The notes under the pieces are model-generated. The model was not told the DNA's origin. It saw only the letters and a list, made by a program, of their open reading frames with translations, and ran no database searches. DNA of 64,000 nt, taken from assembly GCA_965219955.1 (NCBI GenBank), contig OZ244799.1, forward strand, positions 2,944,001-3,008,000, read 5' to 3'. Position numbers and translations under genes: made by a program. Position 1 is the stretch's first letter. Each line of letters begins with the position of its first letter. The stretch comes from a bacterium. GTDB lineage: Bacteria > UBA8248. Positions 1 to 9,793 of the stretch are shown in pieces.

Positions 1-579
1 GGCGGCTGGCAAACCACGTTGGGCGAGGATCTCTACGGCAAAACGCTCGGCGTGTATTCCTACGGAAATATCGGCAGCCAGGTGGCCGCTGTTGGAAAAG
101 CGTTTGGCATGAACGTCATCACCTACGGGAGAGAAGGTTCCGCCGAGCGTGCCCGTACGGACGGCGTTCCGATGGCGGACAGCAAAGAAGCGCTCTTCGC
201 GGAGGCCGACATCGTGAGCCTGCACATCCGCCTGATCCCTCAGACGAGGGGTATCGTGACGGCGAAGGATTTGAGCCTCATGAAGCCGAGCGCCCTTTTG
301 GTGAACACCAGCCGCGCGGGGCTGATAGAAGAAGGCGCCCTCGAGGCGGCGCTCCAAGCGGGAAGGCCCGGATTCGCCGCCGTGGACGTGTATGAAAAAG
401 AGCCGGTCCGAGGGGCCGAACATCCGCTCCTGGGCATGGAGAACGCGGTTTGCACGCCGCATCTGGGCTACGTCACACGAGGCACGTTCGAGAGGTATTT
501 CGGTATCGCTTTCGATCAAATCAACGCCTTTGCCGACGGAAAACCGATAAACATCCACAACCCCGAAGTCCTGGATTGA
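1..579 (+). CDS. D-2-hydroxyacid dehydrogenase family protein (5' truncated by window edge)
   Basis: Frame is open from position 1; motifs LLVNTSRAGLI, AAVDVYEKEP and CTPHLGY. Confidence 0.9.
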   Translation, partial: GGWQTTLGEDLYGKTLGVYSYGNIGSQVAAVGKAFGMNVITYGREGSAERARTDGVPMADSKEALFAEADIVSLHIRLIPQTRGIVTAKDLSLMKPSALLVNTSRAGLIEEGALEAALQAGRPGFAAVDVYEKEPVRGAEHPLLGMENAVCTPHLGYVTRGTFERYFGIAFDQINAFADGKPINIHNPEVLD

Positions 580-686
580 GGGCTATCTTGAGCCCGATTC
601 CGCATACGGCTTGATTTTTCGAGCGTGGCGGTGTTCAATCGCCTCCCGGAATCATGAAACCCCCTTGACGATTGAGGTTCACCGGT

Positions 687-1829
687 TTGGATTTCGCCTT
701 TAACGAGCGCCAGGAACTCATGCGCCGTACGCTGCATGAGCTTTTAGAGCGGGTTTGCCCCCCTGAATACGCGATGGATTGCGACAAGAAGGGCGAAGCC
801 CCTGTCGAGGCCTACAAGGCCCTGGCGGATGACGGGTGGATAGGCGTGTCCACGCCCGAAGAATACGGCGGCATGGGGGGCGACGCGCTCGATCTGGCCC
901 TCGTCCTCGAAACCGCTGGGATGCACTATCTCGACCTCGCCACCATGATCTTCAGAAACGTCTGCTACGGCGTGGACGCCCTCCTCGTCAGCGGAACGGA
1001 CGCTCAGAAAAAAGACTTCATTCCCGCCACCATCCAGGGGGCGAAGTATTTCGCGTTCAGTCTCACCGAACCGGACGCCGGTTCCGACGCTGCGGCCATC
1101 ATCGCCCGCGCGGACCGGGAAGAAGACCGCTTTCGCCTCACGGGCACCAAAAATTTCACTTCCGGCATGCCGACGGCCACGCATATCCTCGTCGCCGCGC
1201 GTACGGACAACTCGGGCGCGAAGCACGAAGGCATCACGAACTTCATCATCCCCGCCGACGCAGAGGGCGTCACCTGGTCGAAGCTCGACTTGCTCGGACA
1301 CCGCGCGATGGGCACGTGCGTGGTGCATTATGACACCGTGGAGGCGAGCGAAGCCGACGTCCTGGGAGAAGTGGGAGACGGCTGGCAGGGCCTCATGGCC
1401 TACATCACCACGGAGCGCCTGTGCCTGTCCGCTGCGCGCACGGGGGCTGCAGCGGCTGCGCTCGAACTGGCTCTCAATCACGCAAAGGAAAGAAAGCAGT
1501 TCGGCCGCCCCATCGGCAAGTTCCAAGCCGTAAGCCACATGCTTACCGAAATGCACATGCTCGTCGATACGGCGCGGCTGCAGGTCTACCGGTTCGCCTG
1601 GCTGGTTTCGCAGGGAAAGGCGGGGCGCATCGAAGCGGCGACACTCAAGCTCTATGCCGGCGAAGCCTACAAGCGGGTGGCCGACCTGGGGGTGCAGGTG
1701 ATGGGCGGGTACGGCTACAGCGGAGAATACGCCATGGAGCGCCACTACCGCGACGCGCGGCTGGCCACGATCGGCGCGGGCACGAGCGAGGTGCAAAGAA
1801 ACATCATCGCCAAGGCGCTGGGGCTGTAG
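687..1829 (+). CDS. acyl-CoA dehydrogenase
   Basis: FSLTEPDAGSDA, ERKQFGRPIGKFQAV, QVMGGYGY, IGAGTSEVQR; start uncertain (TTG 687 or 672). Confidence 0.9.
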   Translation: MDFAFNERQELMRRTLHELLERVCPPEYAMDCDKKGEAPVEAYKALADDGWIGVSTPEEYGGMGGDALDLALVLETAGMHYLDLATMIFRNVCYGVDALLVSGTDAQKKDFIPATIQGAKYFAFSLTEPDAGSDAAAIIARADREEDRFRLTGTKNFTSGMPTATHILVAARTDNSGAKHEGITNFIIPADAEGVTWSKLDLLGHRAMGTCVVHYDTVEASEADVLGEVGDGWQGLMAYITTERLCLSAARTGAAAAALELALNHAKERKQFGRPIGKFQAVSHMLTEMHMLVDTARLQVYRFAWLVSQGKAGRIEAATLKLYAGEAYKRVADLGVQVMGGYGYSGEYAMERHYRDARLATIGAGTSEVQRNIIAKALGL

Positions 1830-1922
1830 GAATCTCGCCGATGATGCTTGATGATTTGACCCAAAAAACCGAAACTGAAGACGACTTAATCCAAGAAGCG
1901 AATTTCATGAGGAAGCAATTAC

Positions 1923-2390
1923 ATGCCGCTGGATAAAAGCGTTCTGGAGAGAACCTTCCCCGAGTTCGAGTTCCGGGTCGAGCGCGGAAAAATCAGGGAA
2001 TACGCCATCGTCCTGGGGCTTACCGACCCGGTGCATACGGACCTGGAAGCCGCCAGAGCAGCGGGTTTTGACGATCTGCTCGCGCCGCCCACATTCGTGC
2101 GCCAGTTCTGGCACGAAAACCCCGGGAACGACCCCATGCCGCACCTGGGCTACGACCCCAAACGGCGCCTCCACGGGGAGCAGGAATTCGAATACCACAA
2201 GCCCCTCGTTGCCGGCATGAACCTAAAAGGAAGAAACGCCATCGTCTCCACCCGTGAGAAAGAAGGCCGCCGTGGCGGGATGATGACCTTCGTCGTCATC
2301 GAAACGAGGTTCGTGGACGAGGCGGGCGAACTGGTTCAGGTAGCAAGGCGTACCCTCATCGAAACCGCGGCCCCTCCCAAAGAGGCCTGA
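1923..2390 (+). CDS. MaoC-family dehydratase, N-terminal-type hotdog subunit
   Basis: VERGKIREYA, APPTF and LHGEQEFEYHKP motifs. Confidence 0.85.
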   Translation: MPLDKSVLERTFPEFEFRVERGKIREYAIVLGLTDPVHTDLEAARAAGFDDLLAPPTFVRQFWHENPGNDPMPHLGYDPKRRLHGEQEFEYHKPLVAGMNLKGRNAIVSTREKEGRRGGMMTFVVIETRFVDEAGELVQVARRTLIETAAPPKEA

Positions 2391-2402
2391 TGGAGCTTTT
2401 AT

Positions 2403-2834
2403 ATGACGATTGTTACTGAATACGCGAAATGGGAAGAACTTACCGAGGGCACAGAACAAGAACTTACAGTAGGCCCCATCACCCGGACGGACCTCGTACG
2501 CTACGCGGGCGCCAGCGGAGATTTCAACCCCAACCACCACGATGAGATTTACGCCATCAGGGCGGGGTTCGACAAACCCTTCGCGCACGGGATGCTCCAG
2601 GGCGGGTATCTCGCCCGCCTTCTCAGTGAATGGCTGGGGCCTGATTCTTTCAAGAACCTGAAAATTCGCTTCAGCGCGCAGGCATGGCCGGGCGACATGG
2701 TGATCTGCAAAGCCAGGGTCGTGCGGCAATACGAAGAAGCGGGCGAGCGTCTCGTGGAAATCGAAGCAAGCGCTGCGAACCAGCGCGGCGACGTGCTCAT
2801 CAAGGCGACGGCGACGGCCGCTCCCCGAACTTAA
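2403..2834 (+). CDS. MaoC-family dehydratase
   Basis: YAGASGDFNPNHHD...AHGML hydratase motif. Confidence 0.88.
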   Translation: MTIVTEYAKWEELTEGTEQELTVGPITRTDLVRYAGASGDFNPNHHDEIYAIRAGFDKPFAHGMLQGGYLARLLSEWLGPDSFKNLKIRFSAQAWPGDMVICKARVVRQYEEAGERLVEIEASAANQRGDVLIKATATAAPRT

Positions 2835-2850
2835 TGTAAGGACTTCTCTT

Positions 2851-4062
2851 ATGTTGGCAGGCTACCGCATCCTCGATCTCGGACAGGTCATCGCCGGAAC
2901 CATCGGCAGCATGATCCTCGCCGATATGGGGGCCGAGGTCATCAAGGTCGAATCTCCACAAGGCGACATCGGGCGCAACCCCGCCATCGCGGGCATCGGC
3001 CCCGTTTCAAGCATCTTTCTCACCTTCAACCGTGGGAAAAAGGGCATCGTCATCGACCTGAAAAAACCCGAAGGCAAGAAAGTGTTTTTGGACCTTGTGG
3101 AGAAATCAGACGCCGTGATGGTGAACTTCCGGCCCGGCACGATGGACCGGCTGGGTCTCGGGTTTGATGTGCTGAAAGCGAGAAACCCCGATATCGTATT
3201 CATCGATTCGAGCGGATACGGAGAACAGGGCCCATGGCGCGATAAACCCGCCTTCGATCTGGTCGAGCAGGCCGTAAGCGGCCACATGGCCATCACAGGC
3301 GAGCCGAACCGCCCGCCCGCCAGAAACGGATCGCCCACGGCGGATATCTCCACCGCCCTCTATACCGCCATCGCGTGTATGGCGGGCCTGTTGGCCAAGG
3401 CGAAAGGAAGAAGCGGAGCGCATCTGGAAGTGCCGATGTTCGACGTTCAACTCGCCATGCTCGGCTATATCTCGACCATGTATCTCAACAACGGCGACAT
3501 ACCAGAGCCGCCCGGCAACGCCCATGAGTACATGGTGCCCTACCAGGCATTCCCGACGGCCACGATCTACATTGTGCTCTCACCCCGCGAGGAGCGCTTC
3601 TGGAAAAAAATGTGCGAGGTCATGGGAATGGATGAACTGGCGGATGACCCGCGCTTTAAGACAAACGACCTGCGCTCCGAGAACAGAGACGTCCTTCTCC
3701 CCATCATGGAAGAGATTCTGATGACTCGCCCGGGCGAGGAGTGGATTGAACTCTTCGAGGCGGCGGGGGTGCCCTCCGCACCGGTGAACCCGCTCGATCG
3801 TGCGCTTGACAACGAGCAGGTCGAGGCAAGGCGCCTCATCCGCGAATATGAATACCCCGAAGTCGGAACAGTAAAAATCGTGGGTAACCCCATTTTGAAC
3901 CGATCGGGAAGCGGAAACCCCGACCCCGAGCCAGCTCCCCTTCACGGGGGTGACACCGAGGCGATCCTCCGCGATCTCCTTCTTTATGGGGATGAGCAAA
4001 TTCACGCACTCATCGATTCGAAGGTCGTTATGGCCGCAGGCTCCGAAGTTTCCAGGAAATAA
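2851..4062 (+). CDS. CoA-transferase family III (CaiB/BaiF)
   Basis: ADMGAEVIKVESP, NRGKKGIVIDLK, NFRPG and GYGEQGP motifs. Confidence 0.92.
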   Translation: MLAGYRILDLGQVIAGTIGSMILADMGAEVIKVESPQGDIGRNPAIAGIGPVSSIFLTFNRGKKGIVIDLKKPEGKKVFLDLVEKSDAVMVNFRPGTMDRLGLGFDVLKARNPDIVFIDSSGYGEQGPWRDKPAFDLVEQAVSGHMAITGEPNRPPARNGSPTADISTALYTAIACMAGLLAKAKGRSGAHLEVPMFDVQLAMLGYISTMYLNNGDIPEPPGNAHEYMVPYQAFPTATIYIVLSPREERFWKKMCEVMGMDELADDPRFKTNDLRSENRDVLLPIMEEILMTRPGEEWIELFEAAGVPSAPVNPLDRALDNEQVEARRLIREYEYPEVGTVKIVGNPILNRSGSGNPDPEPAPLHGGDTEAILRDLLLYGDEQIHALIDSKVVMAAGSEVSRK

Positions 4063-4262
4063 GCCGCGCCCGTCATCGCCGGCGCAATTTTCGAACTCGA
4101 AAAACCTCACTTCCCCCCTTCCCTGTCGAAAACACTCCCGGCGGAATTCCGAATAAAAGTAGAATTTCATACATATGGCCGATTCGGGGTTGATTTCGCC
4201 ATATTTTCGTTATATAGTTCGCTTTATCTTTGCTACTCCACGAGACAACCCGGAGAAATGCC

Positions 4263-5795
4263 ATGCTTGCCAAAACCCAAGCAGCAGCCGTACTGGGCGT
4301 AGACGCCTACCCCGTCGAAGTGGAGGTCGACCTCGCACCGGGTCTCCCCTATTACGCCACCGTCGGCCTGCCCGACGCCGCCGTCAAGGAGAGCAAGGAC
4401 AGGATTCGCGCAGCCATCCTCAACACGGGCTTCATTTACCCGATGGGGCGCATCACCGTCAGCCTCTCACCGGCGGACGTCCGCAAGGAGGGCAGCGCCT
4501 TCGATTTGCCCATTGCGCTCTCGATACTGCGCGCGAACGGCGTATTTCATTCGCGCTCTCAAATGGAGGATTCTCTCCTGTTTCTGGGTGAATTGGCGCT
4601 TGATGGTTCTTTGCGACCCATCCGGGGAGCACTCAACATCGCCGTTCTCGCCAAGAAGATGGGCAAGCGCGGCCTCGTCCTCCCGGCGGAGAACGCGCCC
4701 GAGGCCGCCGTGGTCGATAAGCTGGAGGTCTATCCCGTGCACACGCTTCCCCAGGTAGTGGGATTCATCCGGGAGGAAATCGAGATTCCACCGGCGTGTT
4801 GCCAGAAAAACGGCATAGAGAAAAAAAAGATCGAAAGAATCAATTTCTCGGACATCCGGGGACAGCACCAGGCCAAACGCGCCGTCGAGGTCGCGGCCGC
4901 GGGCTCGCACAATCTTTTAATGATAGGCCCTCCCGGCAGCGGAAAAAGCATGCTGGCGAAAAGATTCCCCACCATACTGCCTCCGCTCTCTCTCGATGAG
5001 GCCATCGAGACCAGCCAGGTATGGAGCGTGCTCGGCAAACTCACGAAACATGATTCCCTGATCCGGGAACGACCCTTCCGCGCCCCGCACCACACCATCA
5101 GCGACGCAGGCCTTGTGGGCGGAGGCGCGCTCCCGCTGCCCGGCGAGGCATCGCTCGCGCACAACGGCGTGTTGTTCCTCGATGAACTGCCCGAGTTTCG
5201 GAAAAACGTGCTCGAATCCCTCCGTGGTCCGCTCGAGGACGGGAAGATCACCATCAGCAGAGCGCAGGCGAGCCTCTCGTTTCCGGCCCGTTTCATGCTC
5301 ACCGCCGCGATGAACCCCTGCATTTGCGGCCTGCGGACGGACGGCGCATGCACCTGCACGCCCAAGCAGGTGGCCCGGTACCGCTCGCGCATCTCGGGGC
5401 CGATTCTCGATCGCATCGACATCCACATCAACGTGCCGAGAGTGCCCTGGAAAGAACTCGCAGAAGACCCCGAGGGCGAGAGTTCCGCGATGATAAGAAA
5501 CCGCGTTCTCTCAGCGCAGAAAATCCAGAAAGAGCGCTTTCAGAACCACCCGGGCACCTACGCCAACGCCCACATGGGGCCCGCTCTCATCAACGAGCAC
5601 TGCAAGCTCGAAGCAGAGGGCAGACGCCTGCTCAAGCTGGCGGTGGAGAAACTGGGCCTATCGGCGCGCGCTTACCATCGCGTGCTGAAAGTGGCGAGGA
5701 CCATAAGCGATCTGGCCGGGGAAAGAGACATCTCCCCCCAGCATGTGGCGGAGGCGGTTCAGTATCGCCAACTGGACAGACAGATGCCCGTCTGA
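4263..5795 (+). CDS. comM: ComM/YifB Mg-chelatase-like AAA ATPase
   Basis: VGLPDAAVKESKDRIR, Walker A GPPGSGKS, RPFRAPHHTIS, GVLFLDELPEF. Confidence 0.93.
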   Translation: MLAKTQAAAVLGVDAYPVEVEVDLAPGLPYYATVGLPDAAVKESKDRIRAAILNTGFIYPMGRITVSLSPADVRKEGSAFDLPIALSILRANGVFHSRSQMEDSLLFLGELALDGSLRPIRGALNIAVLAKKMGKRGLVLPAENAPEAAVVDKLEVYPVHTLPQVVGFIREEIEIPPACCQKNGIEKKKIERINFSDIRGQHQAKRAVEVAAAGSHNLLMIGPPGSGKSMLAKRFPTILPPLSLDEAIETSQVWSVLGKLTKHDSLIRERPFRAPHHTISDAGLVGGGALPLPGEASLAHNGVLFLDELPEFRKNVLESLRGPLEDGKITISRAQASLSFPARFMLTAAMNPCICGLRTDGACTCTPKQVARYRSRISGPILDRIDIHINVPRVPWKELAEDPEGESSAMIRNRVLSAQKIQKERFQNHPGTYANAHMGPALINEHCKLEAEGRRLLKLAVEKLGLSARAYHRVLKVARTISDLAGERDISPQHVAEAVQYRQLDRQMPV

Positions 5796-5924
5796 CTTCG
5801 CGGCCTCTGTGTTGAGACCGACGGGCACCCACCTTGTTTGTATTCTCAAAAACAGGCGCAGCCGATACATGCTCCTCCATTTTGGGCTATACTGAACTCA
5901 TCTCTCACCACAGAGGTTTTCGAT

Positions 5925-7040
5925 ATGGGGACGGAATACGCCTGGTTTCTCCCGTCGGCCAGGGCGGGTGACGGCCAAAAGATCAACACCAGGGTGCCTG
6001 AGCGAAAACCCACCATCGAGTACCTCTCGCGCGTTGCGAGCGCCGCCGAGCGGGCCGGTTTCGTGAACCTTCTGGTGCCCACCGGCACCCACTGCCTGGA
6101 CGCCTGGCTCGTGGCCGCGGGCGTGGCGCAGCATACCGAAAGAATCAAATTCTGCGTGGCGTTCCGACCGGGCCTCACCAGCCCCGTATTCGCCGCCCAG
6201 ACGGCGAACACGCTCGACGCGCTCACCGGCGGGCGGCTGACGCTCAACGTCGTCACCGGTTCGAGCCACGCGGAGCAGATGCGCTACGGCGACCACCTCG
6301 CACACGATGAGCGCTACGACAGGACGGAGGAGTTTCTGGAGATCGTCACCCGTATCTGGAGCGCAGACGCTCCCATCACCTACAAGGGAAAGTATTTCGA
6401 CATCAAAGAAGCCGCCTTTTTCCCGATCCACGTCTCGAAACCCTGGCCGCCCATCTATCTCGGCGGAAGTTCGGAGCCCGGCCGCCGGGTGGGGGCGAAA
6501 TTCTCCGACGTACACATGATGTACGCCGTCGACGTGGAGACCATCGCCAAGGACGCGCTCGACATGAAGCAGCGCGCCGCGGAGGTCGGCCGCGAAGAGC
6601 AGATAAAATTCGGCGTCCGAATGCACATCCTCTGCCGGGAGACCAAGGCGGAGGCGAAAAAAGCCGCCCAAGCGCTCATCGAGGGGAGCGACATCTCGAA
6701 CGTGCAGGTCTGGGCCGACTTGAAGACCAAATCGGAGAGCACAGGCCAGACGCGGGTGAACGAACTGGCGAAAGGCGAATCGCTCTGGATCACCGACACC
6801 TTGTGGATGGGCGTGAACACGGTTCGCGCGGGCCCGGGCGCCTGCCTGGTGGGCACGCCGGACATGATCGCCAAGGCGCTCAAGGAATACGTGGACGTGG
6901 GCGTTCACACGTTCATCCTCTCAGGTTGGCCGCACGTCGAGGAGGTGGAGATATTCGGACGCGAGATCATGCCCCTGCTCGAGGATACGGAGCCCATCAC
7001 CCTGGAGCCTCCCATGCCCGCCCTCGCGGAATACGATTAA
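5925..7040 (+). CDS. LLM-class flavin-dependent monooxygenase (SsuD-like), copy 1
   Basis: AAERAGF..LLVPTG, AFRPGL, LNVVTG, HDERYDRT, FILSGWPHVEE. Confidence 0.9.
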   Translation: MGTEYAWFLPSARAGDGQKINTRVPERKPTIEYLSRVASAAERAGFVNLLVPTGTHCLDAWLVAAGVAQHTERIKFCVAFRPGLTSPVFAAQTANTLDALTGGRLTLNVVTGSSHAEQMRYGDHLAHDERYDRTEEFLEIVTRIWSADAPITYKGKYFDIKEAAFFPIHVSKPWPPIYLGGSSEPGRRVGAKFSDVHMMYAVDVETIAKDALDMKQRAAEVGREEQIKFGVRMHILCRETKAEAKKAAQALIEGSDISNVQVWADLKTKSESTGQTRVNELAKGESLWITDTLWMGVNTVRAGPGACLVGTPDMIAKALKEYVDVGVHTFILSGWPHVEEVEIFGREIMPLLEDTEPITLEPPMPALAEYD

Positions 7041-7109
7041 GAATAGAACGCAACGGAAAGGCCGACGCCGGTCTTCTCGACCTCATGGCGCCCGGGGAAT
7101 TCGGCGGTA

Positions 7110-7237
7110 GCGGTGGAAAAACCGGGCCTGTCGTGGTGCGGACCACCGGCGATCTGACCGGGGGAAAAGACGTCTCCCCCCAACATGTGGCGGAGGCGGT
7201 TCCGTACCGTCAACCGGACAAACGGATGCCTGTCTGA
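7110..7237 (+). pseudogene. Degenerate duplicate of the comM 3' end
   Basis: 7141-7237 aligns to 5700-5795 (DLTGGKDVSPQHVAEAVPYRQPDKRMPV vs DLAGERDISPQHVAEAVQYRQLDRQMPV); 7110-7135 matches about 5640-5665. Confidence 0.85.
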
Positions 7238-7369
7238 ACCTCGCGACCCCGATATTGAGATTGACGCGCTTCCGCCTTGTTTGTATTTTCAGAACCGAGT
7301 GGGAGGCATATACATTCCATCATTTTGGATTATACTATGCCCCATCTCTCACTTTAGAGGTTTCTGAAT

Positions 7370-8485
7370 ATGGGGACAGAATACGCCTGGTTTCTCCCGT
7401 CGGCCAGGGCGGGTGACGGCCACAAGATCAACACGAGGGTGCCTGAACGGAAACCCACCATCGAGTACCTCTCCCAGGTGGCGAGCGCCGCCGAGCAGGC
7501 CGGTTTCGTGAACCTCCTGGTGCCCACCGGCACCCACTGCATGGACGCCTGGCTCGTGGCCGCGGGCGTGGCCCAGCACACCGAGAGAATCAAATTCTGC
7601 GTGGCGTTCCGTCCCGGCCTCACCAGCCCCGTATTCGCCGCCCAGACGGCGAGCACGCTCGACGCGCTCACCGGCGGACGACTGACGCTCAACGTCGTCA
7701 CCGGCTCGAGCCACGTGGAACAGATGCGCTACGGCGATCATCTCGTACACGATGAGCGCTACGACAGGACGGATGAGTTTCTGGAAATTGTCACCCGCAT
7801 CTGGAGCGCCGACGCTCCCATCACCTACAAGGGGAAGTATTTCGACATACGCGAAGCCGCCTTTTTCCCGATCCACGTCTCCAAACCCTGGCCGCCCATC
7901 TATCTCGGCGGAAGTTCCGAGCCCGGCCGCCGGGTGGGAGCGAAATTCTCGGACGTCCACATGATGTACGCCGTGGATGTCGATACCATCGCCGAGGACG
8001 TGCGCGACATGAGGCGCCGAGCCGCGGAGTTCGGCCGCGAGGATAAGATTCAATTCGGCGTCCGGATGCACATCCTTTGTCGGGAGACCAGGGCGGAGGC
8101 GAAAAAAGCCGCCCAGGCGCTCATCGAGGGCAGCGACATCTCGAACGTGCAGGCCTGGGCCGACATGAAGACCAAAACGGAGAGCACCGGGCAGACGCGC
8201 GTCAACGAACTGGCGAAGGGCGAGTCGCTCTGGATCACCGACACCTTGTGGATGGGCGTGAACACTGTCCGCGCGGGCGCCGGCGCTTCGCTGGTGGGCA
8301 CGCCCGACATGATCGCCAAAGCGCTCAGGGAATACGTGGACGTGGGTGTTCACACGTTCATTCTCTCCGGCTGGCCGCACGTCGAGGAGGTGGAGATATT
8401 CGGACGCGAGATCATGCCGCTGCTGGAGGATACCGAGCCCATCACCCTGGAGCAGCCCTTGCCCGCGCTCGCGGAATACGACTGA
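7370..8485 (+). CDS. LLM-class flavin-dependent monooxygenase (SsuD-like), copy 2
   Basis: 371 aa; 28 substitutions relative to copy 1 by manual count. Confidence 0.9.
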   Translation: MGTEYAWFLPSARAGDGHKINTRVPERKPTIEYLSQVASAAEQAGFVNLLVPTGTHCMDAWLVAAGVAQHTERIKFCVAFRPGLTSPVFAAQTASTLDALTGGRLTLNVVTGSSHVEQMRYGDHLVHDERYDRTDEFLEIVTRIWSADAPITYKGKYFDIREAAFFPIHVSKPWPPIYLGGSSEPGRRVGAKFSDVHMMYAVDVDTIAEDVRDMRRRAAEFGREDKIQFGVRMHILCRETRAEAKKAAQALIEGSDISNVQAWADMKTKTESTGQTRVNELAKGESLWITDTLWMGVNTVRAGAGASLVGTPDMIAKALREYVDVGVHTFILSGWPHVEEVEIFGREIMPLLEDTEPITLEQPLPALAEYD

Positions 8486-8524
8486 AGAGAGAAAAATCGC
8501 CATAGCAACAGAAAAAGGAAATTT

Positions 8525-9706
8525 TTGATGAACAGTTCCGCCGGCGCGCTCGGCGCCGAATCGAAAAAATGGGTCGACCTCGCCGAATCGCTGGCGCAGG
8601 AAAAATTCGCGCCGCGCGCGAAGATGATCGACGAGGAATCGCGCTTTCCGACCGAGAACTATCAGGACCTCGCCGACGCCGGCCTTCTCTCTCTCATGGT
8701 GCCCAGGGAATTCGGCGGCATCGGAGCAGATTCGCTCACCTACGTCACGGTGCTTTCCAAGATTGCGAAAGGCTGCGCCTCCACGGGCCTCACGTTCAAC
8801 ATGCACAGCGCCGTCGTGGACTTTCTGGGGCAAATCGCCTCCAAAGAGCAGATGGAGCGCTACTTCTCCGAAGTGGTGAACGAAGGCGCCATCTTCGCCT
8901 CCATCACGAGCGAGCCGGGCAGCTCCTTCCGCGACAAGCTGGCGGTGCGCACTTCCATTCGCGAGGATAACGGCCTCTACCGCCTTCACGGCAAGAAGCA
9001 TTTCTGCTCCCTCTCCACCGGGGCGACGTATTACTTCACCTGGAGCTACCTCGACGGCGCGGAAACCCTGCAGGAGGGTCTTCTGAACGTGATGATCCCC
9101 GCCGCGAGAGAGAACATCGAAATCCTGGACGATTGGCACACCATCGGCATGCGGGGAACGGCTTCGAACTCCCTGATGTTTCACGACGTCGCCGTGAAGC
9201 CGGGCGAGATCATCGGGGAGCCGGGCAGCATTCTCGGCAAGGACATGAGCATGTGGTCTCTGGGATACACCGCCGTCTACATCGGCATCGCGGAGGCGGC
9301 CTATCAGTTCACGGTGGATTACGTGAAAAAGACGAAATCGGGCATGGGGGTTCCTCTGGGCGAGCTGGACCGCACGCAGCGCCAGATTGGCGAGATGGCC
9401 ATGCTGCTCGAGAACGCTCGCCGCGCCGCCGAGAAACTGGGCGCGCTCAGGGGAAACCTCGGCAAGATGGAACTGACCTTCATCCTTAACCAGGCGAAAT
9501 TCCTGGCGACCGAAGCCGCTAAGGAACTCGCCGAGCAGGGAATCCGCCTGTGCGGCGGCCGCGGGCTTCACCGTTCCCTGCCGCTCGAGCGTCATTTGAG
9601 GGACGCGGTGGCCGGCATCGTCATGCCGCCCGCCAACGACCGCTGCCTCGAAACCATCGGGCAAATCGCCTTGGGCCGCGAAGCGAAAACGCTCGATTTT
9701 CAGTAG
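8525..9706 (+). CDS. acyl-CoA dehydrogenase-fold oxidoreductase (DszC/SfnB-like)
   Basis: FPTENYQDL, FNMHS, DDWHTIGMRGTASN, PLERHLRDA; follows the LLM monooxygenases. Confidence 0.8.
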   Translation: MMNSSAGALGAESKKWVDLAESLAQEKFAPRAKMIDEESRFPTENYQDLADAGLLSLMVPREFGGIGADSLTYVTVLSKIAKGCASTGLTFNMHSAVVDFLGQIASKEQMERYFSEVVNEGAIFASITSEPGSSFRDKLAVRTSIREDNGLYRLHGKKHFCSLSTGATYYFTWSYLDGAETLQEGLLNVMIPAARENIEILDDWHTIGMRGTASNSLMFHDVAVKPGEIIGEPGSILGKDMSMWSLGYTAVYIGIAEAAYQFTVDYVKKTKSGMGVPLGELDRTQRQIGEMAMLLENARRAAEKLGALRGNLGKMELTFILNQAKFLATEAAKELAEQGIRLCGGRGLHRSLPLERHLRDAVAGIVMPPANDRCLETIGQIALGREAKTLDFQ

Positions 9707-9793
9707 CAATTCATCTAACAGGCCCTATGCGCCCCGCCGCAGCGACCGGACAGACGCCTCTTTGCCGTGCCCATTCACAAGAGGGATTCCGCC

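Noticed and set aside
7349-9709. 786-aa minus-strand ORF, and similar long ORFs such as 31858-33822 and 56974-58761
   Set aside because: Antisense or alternative-frame shadows of real genes in high-GC DNA, with no recognisable motifs
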